From contig OY253683.1 of NCBI GenBank assembly GCA_958009085.1, positions 372,001-436,000 on the forward strand: a stretch of DNA of 64,000 bases. The letters are read 5' to 3'. Origin of the DNA: Protoeuglena noctilucae. Taxonomy: Eukaryota. The notes beneath the pieces are model-generated. The model saw only the letters and a program-made list of their open reading frames with translations. It was not told the origin of the DNA and ran no database searches. A program made the translations under genes and the position numbers. Of the stretch, positions 1-12,190 are shown piece after piece. Numbering within the stretch: the first letter of the stretch is position 1; every line of letters begins with the position of its first letter.

Positions 1-934
1 GAGGTGCCGCCCAGGCCAGGTGACTCATCAGGGCAGGGTGCACTGCAGTTGACACTCCTACTAAGCCGTGTCCCCGATGCCAGGCGATGAGTCCAGCAGG
101 CTGGCCTGACGGAGCTACGTAGGCTTGTCTGTCCCCGCTATGCCCGGTGCTAACGGTTGTGCGCTTGGTCCATCCCGATGCGAGAGTCTCACTGGCCCGT
201 GCGTGCGTGCGTGTTCCCAGGGGTTCTTCGGCTGATGGACGAGGCCCGTGCGGCAGGGCTCAAGGTCGCAGTGTGCTCTGCAGCCACCAAGAGCTCTGTC
301 ATTGCAACGCTCGACGCCCTGATCGGAAAGGAGCGGTTTGCGGCCCTCGATGTATTCATGGCAGGGGACGACGTCCCTCGCAAGAAGCCCGATCCTTTCA
401 TCTACCAGGTGAGGGAGCTGCGAGGGAGTTTGCCGGACGTACCTGCGACTGTCGCACAGATGGGCCGCAAAGACGGTGTGTCCTTGGAAGGCTGAGCGCG
501 GCCCATGCGCTTGTGGGGGTGACACGACTGCATCTGCCCTCGGATGCCCGCAGCTGGCAGCGCAGAAGCTGGGACTGGACCCCAAGTCTTGCGTGGTGGT
601 GGAGGACTCGACCATCGGCCTCACTGCTGCGCTGGGGGCCGGGATGAGGTCCGTGCCCGCTCGCGCCAGGCAGCCCTCTCTGCTGCACAGCTGCCAATCC
701 CTCACCCATGTCCCTCACCCACACTTATGCACCTCGCCCACGCCCCTCACCCACGTTCCTCGTCGCCCACCCAGGTGCGTGGTTTCCTACACCCCGTCCA
801 CCGCCAAGGAGGCCTTCGAGGGCGCGGAGTGGGTCGTGGGGTCGCTGGGGGAGGACCCCGCTGTCGTGACGGTCGAGAAGCTGAGGCAGGGCGTGGTCCG
901 GCAGGACGACCGCGTCGAGGTCATTTCCGCTTGA
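1..934 (+). CDS. HAD-superfamily hydrolase, CbbY-like (5'-truncated by window; exons 1-19, 221-408, 554-648, 775-934)
   Basis: Spliced product ...PRPGVLRLMDEARAAGLKVAVCSAATKSSV...GDDVPRKKPDPFIYQLAAQKLGLDPKSCVVVEDSTIGLTAALGAGMRCVVSYT... carries HAD motifs II-IV as in CbbY. Introns are GT-AG with matching phases; stop TGA at 932-934. Confidence 0.9.
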
Positions 935-1330
935 AACCCACCCTGAGCCACGTGAACCGATTTTAGCAGTCTGACGATGGGATTTGCAGGACTTCTCTTT
1001 CTCACATGGGCCTTTCAAGGGGCTAGTGCACCTTGGCGACATGCGAACGTAAGGTCCGATGCTAGCGGCCAAAATAGCACGTAATGGGGGAGCCAAGCTC
1101 CCTGCCTTAGGAACGCAAGCGCGGCGGAGCAAATCGTAGGGTGTGGGCCGAGGCAATTCTACCTGACTACCTCTCAAGCGTGTTTGAGAACACGGAGGTT
1201 GCTGGCGACGCGGGAAGGCATCACCTAGGCTGCGGAGTGGGTGGGTTCTAGCAGGCATGCGTTCCGGAATCCGGGGGCTCGCGAAAGGAAGCCTCGCCAT
1301 CCAGGGCGCCCGGCACAGGCGCGGCGTGGC

Positions 1331-4300
1331 TCATGCCATGTGCAGCGTCTCCCAGTCGTCGACCGAGGCGATGGGCGAGGTGGCGTCGAAGGCGGAGCCC
1401 TCGCCGTCCTGGCGGGGCCGGATGACGACCTCGCCGGTGTCCGGGTGCACGTCGATGACGGCCGTGTCGCCCTTGATCAGCAGCCCGGAGAGCAGGCCGT
1501 CGGACAGGGGGTCCTCGAGAAGGGCCGTGACGGCGCGGCGGACGGGGCGGGCGCCGTACTCGGGGCTGTAGCCCTCCGCGACGAGCTTGGCGACGACGGC
1601 GGGGCTGAGCTCGAGGCGCACGCCGCGGTCGAGCATCCGGCGGCGCGTCTGGGCCACGTGCATGTCCGTGATGCGCTCGACGTTGGCCACGGACAGGTGG
1701 TGGAAGACCACGATCTCGTCGAGGCGGTTGAGGAGCTCCGGGCGGAAGTGGCCGCGGAGCTCCTCAAGCACCAGCGAGCGCACGCGCTGGTGGCGGTGCT
1801 CGTCCTCGGTCTCCTGGTCCGTCACGATGTCGAAGCCGATGGACCCGCCGCCCTTGGCGATGACCTGGGAGCCCACGTTGGACGTCATGACGATCAGGCT
1901 GTCCTTGAACGATACCTTGCGACCGTGCGAGTCTGCGGGGCGAGCGGCGGGGGGGGCGTTACACAGTGTCACCGCGCGGAGCATGGCGTTGCGTTGCGCG
2001 CCTCGTTGCCCGTCGCCGCCTCCGCCCCTTCCGCGTCCCCCGACTCGCCTGTGAGGACGCCATCCTCCAGGAGCTGGAGCAGGAGGTTGAAGACGTCCGG
2101 GTGGGCCTTCTCAATCTCGTCAAAGAGCACGAGGCTGAAGGGGTGGCGGCGGATGGCCTCGGTGAGCTTGCCGCCGTCGTTGTAGCCAACGTAGCCGGGC
2201 GGCGCGCCGATCATCTTGGCCACCGAGTGCCTCTCCATGAACTCGGACATGTCCAAGCGGATCTGGGTGGGTGGCGAGGGGGCAGCGAGCGCGGTGAGGG
2301 CACACACGCAAGCAGGGCCGAACAGCGTCCGACACGGCATGCAGCGACAAGCACTAGACACCTAGCCATCGCAGCAGAAACGTGCATTAATAGTGCAATG
2401 TGTCATTTGTAACAACAACTGCCTGGGATGCTCTCACCATGGCCTTCTCCGACCCGAAGTACTCCTGGGCCAGGGAGCGCGCCAGCTCCGTCTTGCCCAC
2501 GCCCGTGGGGCCGCAGAAGAGCATGTCCGCGATGGGGCGGCGAGGGTCCTTGAGCCCGCACCGGGCGCGCGTCATGGCCCGGGACACGGCCGTCACGGCG
2601 TCGTCCTGCCCAATCACCCGCGCCATCAGCCGGTCCTCCAGGGTGGCCAGGCGGGAGAGCTGCGGGCGGGACAATCGACACCGGATGCTCTCGCACCGTC
2701 CAAACATCGCCGCAGCTCGCGTCGCCCCACATCCCTTGCATCGCCATACGCGCCCCCGTCAGAGCAACCCTCGCAACGACCCCCGAGCCCATCCACGCCA
2801 CGCCCCGCGCAGCCAGCAAGGGCCCTGCCACTCACGCCACGAACATGCGCCCCTGCCTCACCTCGTTGCCCGCGAGCTTTTCCACCGGCACGCCGCTCCA
2901 CATAGCGACCACGTGCTCAATGTCGGGAACGTCCACGACGGGGATGGTCGGCGCCTCGTCCTCCGTCACGAGCCCCGAGAGCTGCGCCGTGATCTCGATC
3001 TCGCGGCGGTGCAGGAGCGTGGCCTCCTCGAAGAGACCGTCCTTGACCGCCTCGTCCTTGGCGTCCTTGATGTTGGAGAGCTCCTGCATGGCCCCCGCGG
3101 ACGCCATCATCTTCCGGGCGTGGCGGCTCAGGCCCATGGCCAGCTGGTCCATGTCGATGCCCTGGCCCGACTGCGCCGCCTTGTACCCCTCGAGCGCCTT
3201 GCGCTGCCGGGCCCGGTAGGCGCTGATGCGCGCCCGCGACCCCGCCTCGTCAATCACGTCCATGGCCTTGTCGGGGAGGTGCCGGTCGTTGATGTACCGC
3301 ACCGTCAGCTCCACGGCCGCGCGCAGGGAGCTCTCCGTGTAGAGGCACCCGTGGTGGCGCTCGTACCGGGCCTTGAGGCCCATCAGGATCTCCACGCTTT
3401 CGTCCGCCGTGGGCTCCCGCACCAGCACGGGCTGGAAGCGCCGCTCCAGCGCCGCATCCTTCTCCACGTACTTGCGGTGCTCGTCCAGCGTCGTGGCGCC
3501 GATGCACTGCAGCTCGCCCCGCGCCAGCGCCGGCTTGATCAAATTGGCCACGTCGAGGCCCCCGCCCGCGCCGCCGCGGCCGACGGCGCCGGCGCCGATG
3601 ACCGTGTGGATCTCGTCGATCATCAGCACGACCGTCTTGTCCTCCCGGCACTCGCGCACCAGGTCGGTCACGCGCTTCTCCAGCTCCCCCCGCTCCTTGG
3701 CGCCCGCCATGATCAGGCCCACGTCCACCTGCAGGATGCGCTTGCCCTTGAGGAACGCCGGGATCTCCTCCCCCGTGGGCCCCACCCCCTCCACGATGCA
3801 CCGCGCCAGCCCCTCGGCGATGGCCGTCTTGCCGACGCCCGGCTCGCCCAGCAGGATGGGGTTGTTTTTGGTGCGGCGCGCCAGGATCTGCATCACGCGC
3901 CCGATCTCCTTCTCCCGGCCGATCACCGGGTCGATCTTGCCCCTGCGGACCTGCTCGTTGAGGTCGACACAGAAGTCCTTCAGCGCGTGGGGCTCCTTGC
4001 CCTTGCCGCCCTTGCCGCCCGCCTCGACCTTCTGCTGGCGGCGCCCGTCCGCGTCCGCGTCCGCCGAGATGCGCCGCGCGGCCTCCTCGCGGAGCGCCGC
4101 GGGGTCCACGCCGGCGTGCTGCAGCACGCGCACGGCCGCGCAGTCCCCGATGGACAGCAGGGCGACCACGATGTGCTCGGGCGAGATGAAGTTGACCTCC
4201 TGGCGCTTGGACTGCTTTAAGGACTCCTCAAACACCGTCTTGGCCGCCTTGCTGCGGGGGAGACCCTCGGGGGCGCGTTCGATTCAGGCACGCGCCACAG

Positions 4301-5524
4301 CACAGGGCCGAGCAGCTGCCCCCATGCCGACGCGCCCACGCCGACGCGCCTGAATTGGAGGTCCTTGGCGGGGGACGAGATCGGGTTGGTGCGGCCGAAG
4401 AGCTGCCGGGCGATGTCGCGCAGCTCGTCGGGCGTGACCTTGCTGCCCAGGAAGCCGGGCTTGGCGCTGACCGACGCGTGCTCCTCCATCAGGCCCAGCA
4501 GCAGATGCTCCGTGTCCACCTGCAGGCGGGGTGGGGACCCCGGGCGCCATCGGTCGCGTCCCCACGACGCCCAACACACCGCCCCTAGGTCAGATGCGTC
4601 CAGCGCGCGCGCGGATGCCGGCCCGGGGCCACGAGCGCCCGACGCAGCGACCGGCGAGGAAACGCGCTCGGAGCGGCAGCCCATCCGGCAAGCGAGCGGG
4701 CCGCGGGGACGGGGGGCTGCGAGCCCTGGTTGTCACGCGTTTCGCCGCGCGCGCGGGGCCCAACCCGTCGTCCGGCGTCCCCGGAAATCGAAACCGCGAG
4801 CGGCGCTCGGCAGGCCACGACGACGACGCGCAGCGCGCGGCCGTGGCGGAGCCCGAGAGCCCAACAGCGACCGTTAAAGGTGCACGGCGACCCGCTGCGC
4901 GAACGCCTCCCCGCGACGCCCCCGCGACCGCTCCCGAGGAACGAGCGCGGGGGCGCGCTCGGAGTCGCCGGGGGGCGAGCCCCGCGGGGCACTTTTGGGA
5001 AAAGGTGGAGTCCCGTTTGAACCCCCCGGCGAGATCTGGGCCGGGGGGCCTCCGCGGCCGGGTCCGCCGCGCTCCCGAGCGCCGGTCTGAGGGTTCGAGT
5101 GGGCGAGCGGGCCGGCAAGGGCGCTCACCTGGACGCAGCCGAGCTTCTTCGCCTCCTGCTGCGCCAGCATGATCGACTTGATGGCGCGCTCGGTGAAGCG
5201 CTCGAATACGGCGCGGACGGTCACGGAGCGCGCACGGGAGGCGCGCCGCACCGACGCAGTGGTCCGCAGGGACGTCCCCCTGCGGGCAGGGTCGGCAAGG
5301 TCCTCCTGCCGCGCCAGGGGGCGATGGGGGCCCCCCGCGATCGCCCTCCGGAAGCGCGTCGACGGAAAAGCTACGTGCTGGCGGGCGAGCTGCGGAACTA
5401 TAGCGGGCGCAGCGCCCAGGCGAGCCCGCGGGGACCTCGAAACGGTTACGCTCGCGGAGCGCGCGGAGGGGCGCTTCCGGGCCTCCTCCCGCCGAGAACG
5501 CCAAGTGCGCTCATGTCGTGACAT
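1331..5524 (-). CDS. clpD: Chloroplast Hsp100/Clp chaperone ClpD (ERD1-like), 6 exons
   Basis: An Arg/Ser/Ala-rich transit-like leader is followed by [15 protein letters not shown] (ClpD-type N-domain). NBD1 contains [22 protein letters not shown] and LMIDEIH. NBD2 contains [40 protein letters not shown] and [11 protein letters not shown]. Two introns have GC donors (4349, 2048). The start codon is approximate. Confidence 0.9.
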
Positions 5525-6032
5525 CCGGGACCCCGCGCGAGCGCTCCCGAGCGCCGCGAGGAGCCGGGCGCGCCCTCAAAGTCACCTCAGCGCGTGCGAC
5601 GACGCCAGGCCCCCAAACCGCGCATCCGACGCGCCCGACCGCCCGACGAGACCCAACGGGCCCGCGCTCCGGCGCCAGCTCGGCGGGGCGGCCCCCGCCC
5701 GGGGGCACGCCGACGCGCCCAGCGCGACGCAATGCATTCCCGCGAAAGTGAACGCCTCTCCGGTCAAATGAATACGTGACGACGACCGCAGCGAACCTAG
5801 TCTTTGTCGGGAGGCGCCGGCGGGGCGGGGCCGGAAGAGGCCCGGCTTGCCAGAAGCAAGGGCATACCGTGCCTGACGTGTCCGCCCCGCCGACGCGCGG
5901 CAGCGGCAGCGCCGACGCGGTATATCCGCTCGCTATCGACCATCCGACCGGCGGGTGCATCTTCGTTGCTGTCGCTGCCCTGTGCGCTCTCATCTGGGCC
6001 GCTGGGACAGCCGCCCCCCGCAGGCTGCCGCC

Positions 6033-8264
6033 ATGATGCTGGGCCGCGCCTCCGCCTGCATGGAGGCGCGCCTCGCACGAATGCTGACCCGCTACAACAC
6101 CGCATCGTCCCGCGCTGTTCTCCCGAGAGCCGCCGCGCGCGTGGTGCTGCCCGAGTCCCCCGCGGCGCGGCCACGCCTCCCCGAGCGGCAGCGCGGCCAG
6201 TGTCTCGTCGCCAGCGCGTCGGGGGGAGAGGCAGAGCGACCACGCGCCTCCGCGACGGCTGCTCCCTTCGTCATCGTGAACTTCTACCATCTTTGCGACA
6301 TCTGGGACCCTGAGGTGGCGTGTTGCTCGCCGCGCGCCAGGCGCTTGGCGCGTTCGGTGCCGCCGCTCAGTCTGGTACGCATTCGTCCATCGCGCGGCTT
6401 GTGTATCGCAGGCCGAGCTCGCCGAGCACCGGCGCTTCATGGCCGGCCGCGACATTGCGGGGCGCATCTACATCTCGTGGCAGGGGATCAACGCGCAGTA
6501 CAGCGGGCCCATGGAGGACGCGCACGCATACGCCGAGTGGGTGGCGAGCCGGCCGGGTTTCTCCGGGCTGGCGTGGCGGACCGAGGCGAGTGCGGCGCTG
6601 CTGCGTGTGCGGCCTGGGCAACGAGGGGCCCGCTCGCAGCAGGTCGATACCACGCCGCTCTTCTTCGTCTGGATCCGCAGAGGGTACCGGCGCAGATGTT
6701 CCCACGCTTAAAGCTCAAATTCCGCCAGTCGCTCATCTCTATGGCTGGGGGCACGAAGCACCTCAACGTGGGCAAGCCCGGGTACCTTCCCGAGGTGCGT
6801 GGAGCTGCGGGCCGCTGCCTCGCTGCGTCGCGCGACTCAAACATCACATGACAATCTCTCTCGTGGCCCGCCGCAGCACCTGGAGCCCCGGCAATGGAAG
6901 GAGATGATTCGCGCCGCACAACAGGTCAAGTCGGGGGGGCCAGTCAGGTGCGTGGCGAGCATTTGTGGTACGAATGCGAATGACGGGGCCGGTGCGGGTC
7001 TCGCTGGGCTCGTGCCCAGGTCTGCTCATGCTTCGTATGCGTGCGCAGCTCGGGCACGCTGCCCCCAGCGGTGGCGGACCAGCTTCAATCAGCGGCCCTC
7101 AAGGACATCGTGGTCATGGATTTGCGCAACGACTACGAGTGGGACGTGGGGCACTTCGTCGGGGCCGACAGGCGAGGGAGGCTGCTGTGCTGCATGGGGC
7201 GGGGATGTCACCTGAGTTGGGCAGCGCGTGACCGTGTGCTGTGCTGCCCGCGTTGACAACTTCGCAGGCCTAAGGAGACGATGTTCAACGAGACGCCGAC
7301 GGATAAAAGTTCAGGGGAGATGCCGGCTCCCCTCCAGGGCAGGGACCCAGAGACACCCGTGATGATGTACTGCACGGGGGGCATTCGATGCGACGTGTAC
7401 GCGGCGTATCTCAAGGAGAAGGGGTTCAAGAACGTGTATGCGCTGAAGGCGAGTGGAGCGGGGCCTGCTCGACTGGCGCACTTGGGTAGCACTGAAGGAT
7501 GCGTGGAGTGTGGGTCAGGGCATGTCAATACAACAGTCATGAATACTGTGGTTGTTCACTTGCCCCCAGGGCGGTGTGCACAACTACTTCATCGAGGAGG
7601 GGGGGGACGAGTGGAAGGGGTCGCTGTTTGTGTTTGACGGGCGCGTGGCGGTGCCGGCAGAGCATCCCGAGGAGGCGGAGAGGCGGTGGAGGACGCCAGA
7701 AACGGCGGGGAGTCTGGAGGGGGTCACGAAGGGGCAGGTCGACAGCTCGTTCGCCCTGGGAGCCGCCAGCCCGTTCAAGTGACGAGCAGCAGCACCCGGG
7801 TCGGGCTTGCTTGCGTTTTGGTGACACCCGGCAGTGTGCGGCACGATCCCACGCAGCCCTGCCTCACGCCGCAGGGGCCTGAAGGCAGCGACGGGGTGTT
7901 ACGTTTGCGGGGGCAAGGCGGAGGCGCCGCACATCAACTGCGCCAACATCGACTGCAACCGGCTCTTCCTGGCATGCCCCCGCTGCAAGGAGACGATGCG
8001 GGGCTGCTGCTGCAAGGACTGCATCGGGGCGCCGAGGCTTCTGCGGCCGTTGACGGAGGGGAACTACGGCCGATGGACTGCATATGCAGACGAGGGCTTG
8101 GTGAGTCACGTGTGCGCGTGAGATGAGAGCTCCTGCGGCTTTGGTCTACATTCACCCTTCCCCTACATCTGTTATGACCTCGCCGCTTCGCGCAGAACAT
8201 CAAGGAGTTGCGCCGGCAGCTCCAGGCGGAGGGTCGGGAGGAGCAAGTCAACTCGACTGCGTAG
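6033..8264 (+). CDS. Rhodanese-domain protein of the STR8/TrhO(YceA) family, plastid-type leader, 9 exons
   Basis: Motifs FVIVNFYHL, GRIYISWQGINAQYSG, MDLRNDYEWDVGHF, MYCTGGIRCDVY, LKGGVHNY, WKGSLFVFDGR and a C-terminal Cys-rich NCANIDCNRLFLAC. GC donors at 6586, 7172 and 7449. Confidence 0.88.
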
Positions 8265-8464
8265 AGTCCATTGATTTTCGGCTGGATGTATTGCTGCGAA
8301 TGGCATCTACTTGACTTGCGTCGTTCTCGCGACGCATGTGCACTAACGGACCGGGTCTGGCCCTCGCGCGGCGTGTCGGCGACACGCGCAGCACTGCCGC
8401 CCACTTTGAATGAAACGCGACGCTGCTGTGTGATGTGAATGGCTACGATTCCAGTGTTGTCAAG

Positions 8465-10956
8465 ATGGTCGGGCACGCCTTGAGGCGGGGGGTGTCTGCG
8501 CTGGTGGGAGCCGGCGCCGGCCCATCTCTGGTGTGGAAGTGGGCCGGGCTGGGATCGGTGGCAGTCGCGATCAACGGCAAGTCCACGTGAGTAGCCCGCG
8601 CCCCGCGCACACGATGCGCGCGGCTCTTTTGGCGCCGGGAGAGCGCGTGAGAGACACATCGGCCTGGCCCCGACGCCCCCGGCATCCGTCAATGTCATGA
8701 GGGTTCGCGGCAGCTCCAGTACCTACTTCTCATCTCGCAACGGTCGCCCGCGTGGGATGCACCGCGGCTTCGGGGTCGCACGGGCCCAGCCGTCCCGCTT
8801 GCCCCTCCTCCCGCGATCGGCATCCCCGACACGCGATTGCTATCGCCGCTCCCTCGACGGGGGTGCCTTTGTGGCGCCGTTGTTGCTTACGCCCGTACGA
8901 ACGGCCCCGTCGCGGCGGGGATCCCCGGCAGCCACCACCTGTCGCTGTGGGGGCCACATCGCCGAGGCGCTGCACGTTTTGCATAAAGACTTGGGCTGGT
9001 TTCCTTTCATACTTCGTGTCCGTCTCAGCCGGCGGCGCAGATCCGTCGCCCGGGCCGGGGCGCGACGGAATCGTCCATCCCCGCACTGGGCCGCAGGGAG
9101 CTGGTCGACCGGCGGTGGTTCGCCGCCGAGCGGAAGCCCCACGTCAACGTCGGGACGATCGGGCATGTGGACCACGGCAAGACGACCCTGACGGCCGCCA
9201 TCACCAAGGTCTTGGCCGAGGGGGGCTCTGCCAAGGTGCGCGGCACAGCCCCCGCTGCGAGCCTGGGGCGATGGCTGAATGAGAGATAACGCCTTATGAG
9301 GCTACACTCTTCGTCACCCTCGCCGCAGTTCTCGGCATACGACGAGATCGATAAGGCCCCGGAGGAGAAGGCGCGCGGCATAACCATCTCCACGGCACAC
9401 GTGGAGTACGAGACCGCGAAGCGCCACTACGCGCACGTGGACTGCCCCGGTGAGGCCTGGCGGTTCTGCTGTCATAAAGGAAGCCTGGGCAAGTGCGGGG
9501 AGGCGCTGGGAGCGTCGCTGCGCGGGGTCAGGCACTCAAACAGGCGTGCCACCCATGCAACCCACGACGCTGGTTTCTACCTGGCCCCCGCAGGCCACGC
9601 GGACTATGTGAAGAACATGATTACGGGCGCTGCCCAGATGGACGGCGCCATCCTGGTGTGCTCGGCCACGGACGGCCCCATGCCCCAGACGCGCGAGCAC
9701 ATCCTGCTGGCGCGCCAGGTGGGCGTGCCCGCCATCGTGTGCTTTTTGAACAAGATCGACGCCGTGGAGGACGAGGAGCTCGTGGAGCTGGTGGAGATGG
9801 AGCTGCGGGAGCTCCTCACGTTCTACAAGTACCCAGGGGACACCACGCCGATCATCCGGTGAGGGCAGGGCTTGCCACTCGCAAACGATGTCTCACGGTG
9901 ATGTCCGCGGAATGCTGCTGCCGGTGCCGGGTCGCGACTGCCGAGGCTTCCTCGTCGCACGGACGAGCGATGGACGACCGCGCCGGTCGCAGGGGGTCGG
10001 CGCTGTGCGCGCTGCAGGGTGAGCGTCCGGAGATCGGCAAGGAGGCCATTTTCAAGTTGATGGACGCCATCGACGACTTCATCCCGACGCCGGTGCGCGC
10101 TCTGGACAAGCCCTTCGCCCTGTCGATCGAGGACACGTTCTCCATTGCCGGTCGCGGCACAGGCGAGGCTCGCTGTTCGGGGTAATTTTTGCGGCGAGCG
10201 CAGTTCGGGAGTGAGGCGCGATGACACGCGAGGTGCAAGGGTCCACGCAGTGGCCACGGGCAAGATTGACCAGGGGATCATCAAGGCGGGGACGGACGTG
10301 GAGATCGTGGGCATCCGGCCCACGGTCAAGACGACGGTGACGGGGGTGGAGATGTTCAAGAAGTCCCTCGACCAGGGCATGGCTGGGGACAACGTCGGTC
10401 TGCTGCTGAGGTGAAGCCCTGGGCCGGCCCTCCAGTCCCTGCTGAGTTCCCTCGCGGGCCACATGAGGCCGCCAGCTTGCGTGGCATTCGCTGAACACCG
10501 AGAATGTCGTTCTCGCGACTTGCAGGTCTCTGAAGCGGGAGGACGTGGAGCGGGGGCAGGTCATCTGCAAGCCGGGATCGCTCACGCCGCACATCAAGTT
10601 CGAGTGCGAGCTGTACGTGCTGCGCCAGGACGAGGGTGGCCGGCACACGCCCTTCTTCAACAACTACCGGCCGCAGTTCTTCTTCCGCACGGCCGACATC
10701 ACGGGGTCCGTCACCCTGCCCGCGGGCAAGGAGATGGTCATGCCGGGCGACAACGTCACGTGCACGGTCGAGATCATCCACCCGATCCGTGAGCCGCACG
10801 CCGCGCTTGATCCCGAGCCCCGGGGCCAGCATCGAGCGCAGCCTCACTCGCCGTCCCACGCCCTCGTCTGCAGCGTGCGAGGAGGGCCTGCGGTTCGCTG
10901 TGCGCGAGGGCGGGAGGACGGTCGGCGCGGGCATCGTCTCCAAGATCCTGCAGTGA
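8465..10956 (+). CDS. tufA: Elongation factor Tu, mitochondrial (8 exons; first exon 8465-8586, 510-nt first intron)
   Basis: Motifs [66 protein letters not shown] and [14 protein letters not shown]. The presequence [13 protein letters not shown]...RRWFA joins in phase to exon 2 at 9097. The mitochondrial assignment rests on the presequence and on plastid tufA being plastid-encoded in chlorophytes. Confidence 0.93.
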
Positions 10957-11116
10957 ATTTCCGCGCTGAAGTGGGTCCTCGGGCATTCTTGCGTGTCGCG
11001 CCAGCCCTTTCTGGATCGCCGCCTCCTCGCTCTGCGCTGCTGTCTCGCGGACCGACTGTTGAATCCGATCACGTGCCATCATCGTCGTGCTGCAGTGATA
11101 GTGCGCTTGCTGGCTG

Positions 11117-11883
11117 ATGCAAGGATTGGTGGTGCAGCACGCACGACCAGCACTGGCCGTGCGTCCAGCGAGCGGGAGGCGCCGAGCTCGACCTTTATCC
11201 GTCTCGAGCGACTGCGGCGGTCCCCGCTCGAGCGAGCCATGGGAGCAGCCGCAAGTCGTAGAGCACACGCAGCGTCTGCTCGAGTCGTTCCGAAGGCATG
11301 ACGCGACCTGGGATTGCTTTCCCAGCCGCCTTGGCCTCCGATCGTTGCATTTGTCGCCGTGGTTTGCATGGAACACCATCTCTCCGTCCCTGCAGGAAGA
11401 TTGGGCGCGACCTTCATCCCGGTCTGGCTGACGCTCGCGATGTGGCGCGATTCGTCTATGATGGCCCCTTCTGTGTCCTTTCCCATGACACAGATATGCA
11501 GTACAACTACGCCAACCGGGCCGCGCAGCAACTGGTGAGCCCAGCAGTCCACAGAGCGCTGCTTCTTGTGAATGTGAGCATAGAGGGCGGTCCTGGAGGC
11601 CTCTGGAGCGCCTGCCAGTGCGCCATCGCAGTGGGGCTACTCCTGGAAGGAGTACATGGGGATGGACTCCTGGCGGTCGACACCGGCCAGCGAGGCAGAG
11701 GCGATGGAGGGGCGGCGGAAGCTGTGGGCGCACATGGATGTCCACGGGAAGATGCTCGGCTTCGAGGGCCTGCGTGTTGCAAAGGACGGATCGCTCTTCA
11801 CCATCAAAGACGTGACCGTGTGGACAGTGGACCTGCCTGACGGGACCTTCCTCGGCCATGCAGTGATCTTCGACCATTGGTGA
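11117..11883 (+). CDS. Standalone MEKHLA (PAS-like) domain protein with transit-peptide-like N-terminus, 3 exons
   Basis: Spliced: ...VEHTQRLLESFRRKIGRDL...ARFVYDGPFCVLSHDTDMQYNYANRAAQQLWGYSWKEYMGMDS...FEGLRVAKDGSLFTIKDVTVWTV...GHAVIFDHW*. This matches the MEKHLA consensus as I recall it. The first intron is GC-AG (11296-11395). Confidence 0.85.
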
Positions 11884-12190
11884 GTTGAGGTGCAGATGAG
11901 AGTACATTGGGTCACAGACGAGTGGCCGCGCAGGCAATGTGTCATGTGACGCCGCTGCTGTCGTGGGCGCCCGCAGGGAGACGTCCGAAGGGGAGGTCGT
12001 CTACGCACGATGATCAGAAGCGATAGTCACGATTCAATCACATCACATGTACCAGTCACATTCATAGCAGCACCACCAGCGCGTGCAGACGCCACGAGCT
12101 CCACGAGAGAAAAGGGAGAGAGGTGGCACATTCACGCACAGCACGCCGAGAGCAACAGGAGGTGCAGGGGTGACACACACGGTCACGGCA

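Noticed and set aside
2400..4220. Long plus-strand ORF (606 aa) and many similar R/P/G/A-rich ORFs across the window
   Set aside because: They are antisense or off-frame shadows of real genes (here ClpD), expected at this GC content, and carry no domain motifs.
6931..7068. Apparent frameshift at the G7 run in the rhodanese gene
   Set aside because: Using the acceptor at 7048 restores the frame without invoking an error.
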